From assembly GCA_946965045.2 (NCBI GenBank), contig OX337232.1:1178001-1242000 (forward strand): a stretch of DNA of 64,000 nt, read 5' to 3'. The position numbers and the translations under genes are program-made. The DNA comes from Epithemia pelagica. Lineage: Eukaryota; Protista; Bacillariophyta. The notes beneath the pieces were generated by a model. That model searched no databases. It was not told where the DNA came from and was given only the letters and a program-made list of their open reading frames with translations. Shown one piece after another: positions 56,182 to 64,000 of the stretch; the first letter of the stretch is position 1; each line of letters opens with the position of its first letter.

Positions 56182-57237
56182 ATGAACAATCCGTATTGCA
56201 ACTCTTACCCGGTGAACATGGGCATTGCCTCCACCAAGAAGGATTCCTACACGTACAGACCGGAATCCTTGTTCAGCATGGCCATGTACGAAGTTGGTTC
56301 CATGCCGCACTCTGCTCGAACAAGGAATACGAGGTCGCAGTTCTATCCGGTGCAAGAGTACAAGGATCTTGTATTGAGAGATATTCTGGACCTTTCGGGA
56401 GATTGCCTTTTCAGTGACGATGAAGAAGATGACGATCATGATATGGTTGTGCCCATGGCTCCTGTCTCATCGGCACCTCCCTCGGCTCCCATGGCAATGG
56501 TTTCCGAAGAGTCAAGCAGCAGTTTCTCAGAAGATCTCGAATGGTCCCAACTCGAAGACCCACTGCTTGATGCCACAGAAACCGAAGATATTCCTGTGGC
56601 CGCGGCCTTGGTGAGCAGTATGGAGTTGGACTCCTCAGTACCCGCTGCACAGGTCTACAAGAAGCGCTCCAGGGACGCACTGGTTGCCGAAACTCATGAT
56701 GATACAGTGGACGATGAGGAAAGTGAAAGCAGTTTGGGACAAGACGACGATCGCCGGTTCCGCCCCTACCAAGAGGGACAATGGTTTGAAAAATTCGATG
56801 AGCTCTGCCGATACCGAAAGGCGAATGGAAATTGTCTGGTGCCTCACACCTACAAACAAAACCTTCCCTTGGCTCGCTGGGTCAAACGACAAAGGTATCA
56901 ATACAAGCTAATGAGAGATGGAAAGCCATCAACCATGACAGAGGAACGAGCAAAGGCTTTGGAAGAGATCGATTTTGTCTGGGACTCTCAGGCTGCCGCC
57001 TGGGGTGAACGACTATCGGAGCTACGACACTATCGCTGTCGTTTCCTACATTGCAACGTTCCGAGCAACTACAACGAAAATCCCCAACTGGCAACGTGGG
57101 TGAAATGTCAAAGAAGGCAGTACAAATTGTTCATGGAGGGAAAGCCATCCAACATGACGCCCCAGCGCATCCGAGAACTTGGAAAACTCGGGTTTGAGTG
57201 GGAGCTTCGCAGCTACAAGAAGCAACGCATGGACTAA
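56182..57237 (+). CDS. Tandem helicase-associated (HA) domain protein
   Basis: WFEKFDELCRYRKANGNCLVPHTY...LARWVKRQRYQY...LEEIDFVW, then a second repeat WGERLSEL...HCNVPSNY...LATWVKCQRRQY...LGFEW. Confidence 0.88.
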   Translation: MNNPYCNSYPVNMGIASTKKDSYTYRPESLFSMAMYEVGSMPHSARTRNTRSQFYPVQEYKDLVLRDILDLSGDCLFSDDEEDDDHDMVVPMAPVSSAPPSAPMAMVSEESSSSFSEDLEWSQLEDPLLDATETEDIPVAAALVSSMELDSSVPAAQVYKKRSRDALVAETHDDTVDDEESESSLGQDDDRRFRPYQEGQWFEKFDELCRYRKANGNCLVPHTYKQNLPLARWVKRQRYQYKLMRDGKPSTMTEERAKALEEIDFVWDSQAAAWGERLSELRHYRCRFLHCNVPSNYNENPQLATWVKCQRRQYKLFMEGKPSNMTPQRIRELGKLGFEWELRSYKKQRMD

Positions 57238-58187
57238 GTTACTGTCCTTACAACTTTTTATTGGAATCCAAGGCAATGATACTGGCAGGGTTGTTTCCAT
57301 ATTAGATTTTAAAGTCCATACACTACATCATTTTGACGCAATGACTAATATTTCTTGATAAGCAATAAGAATTTTTCTCTACTTCTACATTCTACATTCT
57401 ACATCCTCCTACTGTTCGCATTATCAAACGATTGCCATTTTGTGATAAAGAGTTGGATATGAGGGAAAGGTCGGATCAAGAATGTGACTGTTCCATCTCT
57501 GCGCTATTCGGAGAAGTCCCTTTTCGAAGATGAGAAGACAGAAGACACAATCTTCCTCCAGCTATGCAGTGTCTATAATCCTATTATCATTATCAAACCC
57601 GGTAGCTACTCGTAGTCAAACGCGCTTTTTGTGTCGTCTTCTCGTTTCTTGATCTTGACGATGGCTGCCATCATGAACGTGGCGGACAAAGTGGGGATCG
57701 TGAACATGACGGCTTCCACATGCTCCACGCCCAACCGCCCACGTAGGACCAGAAGATGGGGAAGATGGGAACTCCAGCACTCGTTTTCGAAAGAAGGAAA
57801 ATGTAGCATGAAGGTTACCCTACAAATTTGCAAGAAAGGATGATCTTTTCACAGTTCACAATCGTACTCGTACGAGTACCCGTACGAGGTACGAGTACCG
57901 AGTAACCTTACGAGTATCACACTGGTACAACAAGTAGGAGTATTCTTACGAGTACCCGTAATAGTAGTTAAGGAGTACAATCTACCGCATTATGCACTGG
58001 TATTCGCTATGCAAGGTTCATGGGATGCGAACTGAGGAGGACCATGTCGTCTGTCCGGCACCCGCAAACAAAAAGTCTTTCGGTCGCCTATTTACATATC
58101 AGTCGCAGAAGAGACGCCAAAGCTCCACCACAGAACGAGTGAGCAGAAGAAGACCCGAGACAACATAGCAGACGAAGACAACGGACC

Positions 58188-59076
58188 ATGACAAGCAGAA
58201 CGCCAGAGGAGCTCAAGGAGTACGTCCCCATGTCATTGAAGGATTGAGGAGAATTGCTTCTCACTCTCACATTTCGAATTTTTGTTCCCTCAACGACGAC
58301 ATAGACTGGGTAACAAGGCCTTTGGGTCGAAGGATTTTACGGCCGCAATTCAGCACTATACTGATGCCATCCAACTGGATCCCAAGAACCATATTCTTTT
58401 CTCCAATAGGAGCGCATCATATGCAAGCATCCAAAAGCATGACAAAGCAGCTAGCGACGCGAAAGAGTGCATTCGACTCGATCCCACCTTTGTAAAAGGA
58501 TACTATCGTTTGGTGACGGCTCAGATTGGTTTGAAACAGTATGATCTGGCCCTCTCAACGATTCGTCAGGGGCTTGCTGTCGATGCTGATAATGCGCAGC
58601 TCATGAAACAACAACGCATGGTACAGCAGTTGAAGCGTTCACACGATGCCACTCTAAAAAAACGGACTGAACAAGGATCGAAAAGCAGTTCATCCGCGCC
58701 TTTTGTTTCGGGAGGTGTTGACGGATCAATGAATAGCGAAATGCAAGAATTGCTCGTCCAATTTACGCAAACAAAAAGAGATCTTGAGATGGAAAATGTG
58801 AACCTAAATAAGATGGAACGAGAAGAAAAGATTGCTGACTTGACCAGACAAGAACTCCTTCCACTTCCGGACGACCAAAAATGCTATCGATCGATTGGGA
58901 AAATGTTTTTACTTTCCAAAAAGGAGCACGTTGTTGAACGCCTGGATACGACAATTCAAGATTCCAAAACGAAGCGAGAAGAGCTCCAACAAAAGATTGG
59001 CTACTTGGAACGAAAAATGCAGTCGCAACAGCAAAATATGGTGGAACTTCAAAAGCAGGCACCAGCAAGCGAGTGA
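58188..59076 (+). CDS. TPR (Hop/Sti1-like) plus prefoldin subunit 1 fusion protein, 267 aa (intron 58220-58304)
   Basis: Spliced start MTSRTPEELKELGNKAF; three TPRs; C-terminal prefoldin-beta hairpin ELLPLPDDQKCYRSIGKMFLL between coiled coils. Confidence 0.85.
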
Positions 59077-59943
59077 AACTGGAGCGGTGTTGAAGAGCAG
59101 GCATGATGTATTTGTGTTTTGCACAGGGAAAACACAACGGGAGACGTCTCTCTAGAGTCTCCATTCTGTTGTTTCTCAGTCCAGACATTTTCATCATGTA
59201 TTAGAGAGATGCTAACCTATCTATTGGAGTTTCAACGCAGCTTCTGCTCACAATCGCCCACTTTCAACCAAATCAACTGCCCTTTCGCGGAGTGAACATA
59301 CGACATGGAGGTCGCGGTTGAAATATGCCCTCTAAGGTCTTCGAAAAAGGATTAATTAGTAGGGAATATGGAATCGCAGTTGGAGAGGGCACAGCAATTA
59401 TCGAGATCAACCAAATTGGAGTCGGTCAATGGCTCTATCTTCATTCCTGTTCATCCATGATCCATCAATCTAAGCCACCTGCATTGTCGCGTGATGATAT
59501 CTTGGGATATATACGGTGAAGACATGTTGGCATAGGTTTATTTTAACGTTCATGGCGTTACCTCGACAACGACCCGTTGCGAATAAACCACGTAGTCTTG
59601 CTGCATGATGATCCACTCACCATGCGTAGCGACATCCACGCTCATGTTGCCACCTGCGATGTTCATCTCGAAATAGCTCTCCGTGGAAAAATTCTTCTCT
59701 TGATCGATGGCAATGCCTTGCCCCTGGCAGACCAAACTTAAAGCTCACGTCCAGTCGTCAAGAACATGGGAGTGTGTAATCCTAGGTATTTTGTAATACT
59801 TGTCGGACGTATGGAACAAATTTTATCAGTGATTCACGGCCTCGCGTATAGGATTAGGCGAATCTGAAACCCAGAAGCTATGATGTTTTCGTTGTCCCTT
59901 CAATGCCGTAGGTAAGGCGAGCCCCTTATCTTTTCCTCTGAAG

Positions 59944-61647
59944 CTATAGACCTTGTGGCGATGGAAAATGACTGGAAGAAGATGGGGGTTTCGCTTCCCG
60001 ATTCTTGGAGCTTGAGGATCGAACTTCCCACTCGAAACCGCGTCCCTCCAGTTGATTTATTCGCTCTGGGCACATGGCACTCCCCTTGCCGTCCATGTAG
60101 AGCTTGTACTGCCTTCGCTGACATTTAACCCATGTAGCCAGTTTCTTGTCATAGTAGTTGCTTGGAACGTTGCAGTGTCCATGCTCTCTGCGAAACTTAT
60201 CAAGGGCCATGAGCTTCTCCCTCCAATTGACTTCATGCGAATCCCATACAAAATCGAGTTGGTTCAACATCTCAAGTCGCTCGAGTGTCATGGTGGAGGG
60301 TTTGTGCTCTTTCAGTAGTTTATACTGCCTCCGCTGGCGTTTGACCCACCTTGCCAACTGGAGATTAGGCGGGTAGGTGTGAGGGACAGCCGCATGACCA
60401 TGCTCCTGATGGAAGTGCATCAGTTCCTTGTACCGGTGAGACCATTTCTCTTCGTGAAAGGGTTTGAAGCGTGAGTCACCCTCGTCCTCCTCCTCCTCAT
60501 CATCGTGTGAGAGCGAAGGAATATTTGGAATTGGCCCTCGTTGCATGTGTGCACGCGCCGGTGCCATTTCTCCGGAAGAGAACGTCAGCGTAGGGACATG
60601 GACATGAGAGTAGGAGGCAGAAGACGCATATGGTGGAGCTTGTCGAGGTGGTGATGTCATGCTTGCTGCTCGAGAGGATCCCATCTGTACTGGATTATGC
60701 GTTGGTGCAAAGTTTCCCGGACTTCGTTGCTCCTGGTGGTCACCACGGAAGTGAAGCGGCTCCAACACTTCAGAAGAAGATCGAAAGACTTCTTCAAAGT
60801 TCCCCGTATACGGCTGGCCTTGTGGTTCAGAAGAGTCGTGCTCTTGTCTATGCCGGTGCTGTTGCATCTGAGGGTAGGTTGTTTGTGAGATGGAATGAAG
60901 GAGACTATCAATTCGATCCATTTCTTGAGGAGGGCGATGTGATGGTTGATGGTGTGACGTTTGATGTTGAGAATGACGAGGCGGCGGTGGTGGTGGCAAA
61001 GAAGGACCAAAATCGAGATCTGGAGAAGTGTACTGTCCCGCTGGCGTCACGTGGCTGTGATGAGTGGGAGAATAGGAACGCTGATGCTGTTGATGTTGCT
61101 GCTGCGGGGGCTCAATTCCACCCCAATCATCTCCCCGAAGACTCGTGGCCATTCGTGGCAAACCAGGCGTTGAATTCGATGTGGAGGATGAAAAACCATA
61201 ACTTGAAAAGTTACTGCTCCCTGGCGGCGAATCCATTTCACTTTCTCCCCGTAGACCACCAGCGGAGAATCGATTTACCAGCGGCTTGCGGAAAGATGTA
61301 GAGACACTGCATTCTTTGCTTTCTCCAGCAGCTCTTCGACTCAGTGACTGATGTTTTCCAAAATTGAAGGCTTCGTCAATTGAGAGAGGCGCAAAGGGGT
61401 CATCATCAGGAACCACAATTCGTTCTTGATGTCTCAGTTGCGGAAGCGGAAGCTGCGCCGGTGCAAACTCCTGTTGAGCGTGGCGTTGCTGTTGTTGATG
61501 GGAAAAGCGGTCAAACATGTTGTTGTTGTTAGCTGATGGTGGTATTAGGCTGTTTCTCGAATCTCCACACCCGCCATGGCGATTCTGTATCGGACTTGTT
61601 CTGTGCATACGATCTGTTTCTCTGTGGCTGTGTTTGTTTTCCGTCAT
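59944..61647 (-). CDS. Tandem HA-domain protein with long Gln/His/Pro-rich N-terminus
   Basis: FKPFHEEKWSHRYKEL...HGHAAVPHTY...LARWVKRQRRQY...LDFVW; second repeat HCNVPSNY...LATWVKCQRRQY...GFEW. Confidence 0.88.
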   Translation of the reverse strand: MTENKHSHRETDRMHRTSPIQNRHGGCGDSRNSLIPPSANNNNMFDRFSHQQQQRHAQQEFAPAQLPLPQLRHQERIVVPDDDPFAPLSIDEAFNFGKHQSLSRRAAGESKECSVSTSFRKPLVNRFSAGGLRGESEMDSPPGSSNFSSYGFSSSTSNSTPGLPRMATSLRGDDWGGIEPPQQQHQQHQRSYSPTHHSHVTPAGQYTSPDLDFGPSLPPPPPPRHSQHQTSHHQPSHRPPQEMDRIDSLLHSISQTTYPQMQQHRHRQEHDSSEPQGQPYTGNFEEVFRSSSEVLEPLHFRGDHQEQRSPGNFAPTHNPVQMGSSRAASMTSPPRQAPPYASSASYSHVHVPTLTFSSGEMAPARAHMQRGPIPNIPSLSHDDEEEEDEGDSRFKPFHEEKWSHRYKELMHFHQEHGHAAVPHTYPPNLQLARWVKRQRRQYKLLKEHKPSTMTLERLEMLNQLDFVWDSHEVNWREKLMALDKFRREHGHCNVPSNYYDKKLATWVKCQRRQYKLYMDGKGSAMCPERINQLEGRGFEWEVRSSSSKNREAKPPSSSSHFPSPQGL

Positions 61648-61851
61648 GAGGTTAAGCTATTATGCTATTGTCTGTTGATCAAATCTCATCTCGCCGATTT
61701 GGAAGAAGTTGTGAGACTCCTTGTTGGTGCAATAGGGCTGTTATTGTGGGGGGTGCTCTAACGAAAGGCTGGGCACCTCCCTGCCAGCGTTTCAGTAAGA
61801 TTTAGGCATCCAACCAGGGCTCCATGGACACTCCCACTTCTTTCTCTTCTA

Positions 61852-63023
61852 CCCTCCGACTAGGTGTCCGCTTCTTAGCCCCCCAGCCGCTCTCCGCGAC
61901 CAACCATTTTAATTTTGGTTTTTTTGCGTTTTTGAAGAAAATTTCGGGTCAAAATGAAAATGATCACGCCGGCCTTCTGGATCACCGTTTTGAAATTTTG
62001 TGAGCAGGCGTGCGCACTTTGACCGTTGGTCTTCCCCATTCTTGATTGTCGTCCCAAGTTGCGACCCACATTATTTTCACTACGCACCTTTTGACATGGA
62101 TAATGGACATGCACCATCACAATGCATTCTCCATCATCTGCACACCATGGACATTTGACATATAGGAGTAGACCATAGATAGTGTTTTGCTCTACCCCAT
62201 CCTTTCTTTGTTTTTTCTAGGAGAAGTGTGGTTGTTTCTAGTGTTTGTGTCCGTTTAAAAGTGGACCCTCCTCCACAACACCGTGCCGTTGCCGTAGGCT
62301 TGTCTCTTTGCAACCACATACCGTCCTATTTTAGAATACGTCTCTTTCTACCTAGTTGCGTTATGGAGCATATAGAGTGTAGAGTCCCCTGCACTGCTGG
62401 GAAAGACAAGTCATGCTCATGGCAACAAAAAAAGAACAACAGGAGCAGGTCGACATCACAATCCACTAAAGACCCAAACTGAGCGACAGCAGAGGAAAAA
62501 TGGATGGCTTCCTCCACTTATCCTACCTACTCCTAATTGAGGTCTATAGCTCTATTTTGTCCTATAATGATCCTACAAATGATGCCAGCAGCCCCACATG
62601 GCATCGACCAAAATGGATGTTACATGGCACAAACAAATCACACACTATGGCAACTGGCAACGTAGTGAGAGCCTACAACTAAACATTGTCCATTCCAATG
62701 CAAGTATTAGCCATTCCAGAACTTACCATAATGGATGTGCAGTGACAAAGATGAGATGAGATGGCCAGGGACGAAGCATGCCGTTTTTGGTGTTGGTTTG
62801 GTCATTGCCTCGTTTTGTTGCCTGCATCGATTTTGTGACCCGTGAACTCACTGAGAACACTATTTTGAGTCTTGTTGAGCAGAACGCCTGCCATCTTCCA
62901 ACTGTCACATCACGCCAGCCTTTCCACCGATGGATGTGAAATTTCCATTCACTTTTTTGTCTGTGAGATTGGGTTTGTCTTGCCCGAACAGACGAGCTAA
63001 GAAGCGGACATCTAGTCGGAGGG
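61852..63023 (-). mobile_element. Non-autonomous TIR element (MITE-like), copy 2, 1172 bp, inverted relative to copy 1
   Basis: Same TIRs; reverse complement of 54541-55702 with scattered substitutions and small indels. Confidence 0.88.
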
Positions 63024-64000
63024 ATTTGTTTCCGAAAAACTCGTGCTTGCTCCGTTTCCATTCACAGATGAATGCCCCAACAGGCAACTTCTACTTTGGG
63101 TACAACATGGATCAGAGTCATACTTGATCGAAAATGCGATACCAAGCCCACAAGGGAAGGCATTTAAGAAACGATGGTCTTGTTCTTGGTTCGAAACAGC
63201 TAACTACCATCAAATCGGCTGCGAGTTCTTAATTACATTAAGCCCTACCACATTATTTCAACGGACATCTCAGAACAGTTCGAAATTTTGAAAAATCTAT
63301 ATGCTACTCCGAGTCCTCACGCCAGCCGGCTACCCATCATGCTCCTCAAAATCACGACTCCGTTCCGTTCGCGTGACTCCGCATGCTCGGAGTACACTTT
63401 CAGCGGGGAACTCACATGTATCTCAATTGAAATATTGCAAGTGAACGTGTTCTTTCCGTAGGAGTAGTAGTTGCCAGGTGGCTGGGCGCGCTACTCCGAC
63501 TACTTTTTTCGCAAAATGGCGCGTGTGTGACTAGGAAAAGGGAGGATCAGAAGTTCAGTTGGGCCCTTTTCAGGTGTCCGTTGGACAAGCTATCATATAA
63601 CAGTAAATTTTAGCCCCCAAGATACAGAACTATCAGTGAAACCGAGGCTACCAAGAGAGTCTTAATTCCAGCAACAACCTAGCTTCTTCTAGATGATTAT
63701 TTTCAATATCATCATAAAGAGAGTATCGCTTCATAGCGATGGGGCTTCGGTTTTCTTTTTTCATGCATCTTGTTCATTTCTTGCTTGTAATGAATGGGTT
63801 ATGGGCTCTACGGTTTTCTGTGAGACACAATTATCAGGTGTGTTTGCGCTCTCGCCAGTCTCGCGGTGGACTCCGCGGCTGGGATCTGTAATCGACCTTA
63901 TTTCGCCTAGAGTACTAGTATCGAGTACAGCCCTAATGTGAGAGTACGAGTATCGAGTACCTACTTCTGTACTCATACATGTTCGAGTACGAGTACCCAG

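Noticed and set aside
59200-59800. Possible decayed gene on the minus strand
   Set aside because: Multiple stops in all frames and no identifiable family.
60630-61301. 223-aa plus-strand ORF
   Set aside because: Antisense to the low-complexity part of the HA-domain gene.
54538-63026. Composite transposon formed by the two inverted MITE copies (ATT flanks both outer ends)
   Set aside because: Copy 1 lies inside the intact TA element, whose left TIR is outside and right TIR inside the bracket, so the block did not move as a unit. A 3-bp AT-rich match is easily chance.

Overview
Eukaryotic nuclear DNA with short GT-AG introns, bipartite plastid-targeting leaders and Ser/Gln-rich proteins, most consistent with a pennate diatom (inference). 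Bases 629-15308 are two young, nested Ty1/copia (CoDi-like) LTR retrotransposons, both on the minus strand. The outer element has 455-bp LTRs, a 6-bp TSD, and gag and pol separated by one in-frame UGA with a CARYYA-plus-hairpin readthrough signal. The inner element is 8.4 kb with 783-bp LTRs, a 5-bp TSD, an intact gag-pol carrying a chromodomain-like module, and an extra unknown ORF upstream of gag. Neither element has a canonical TGG primer-binding site. The sequences next to their 5' LTRs instead match internal tRNA segments: the initiator-Met D-arm (outer) and the Asn anticodon arm (inner). The rest is a gene-dense host region. It holds SNRNP40 (partial), an ENT transporter, a disrupted secreted jacalin-domain gene, PIG-V, a ~2047-aa PS/PT-repeat plus LRR secreted protein, a nitroreductase, a bacterial-like MdaB and an R3H-methyltransferase. 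It also holds CWC15, a plastid Obg, two DUF6824 genes, fibrillin, a PsbP-like gene, two HA-domain genes and a TPR-prefoldin fusion. Near the right end are a TA-flanked TIR element and two inverted copies of a 1.16-kb non-autonomous TIR element. All calls are by eye from motifs; no database search was run.
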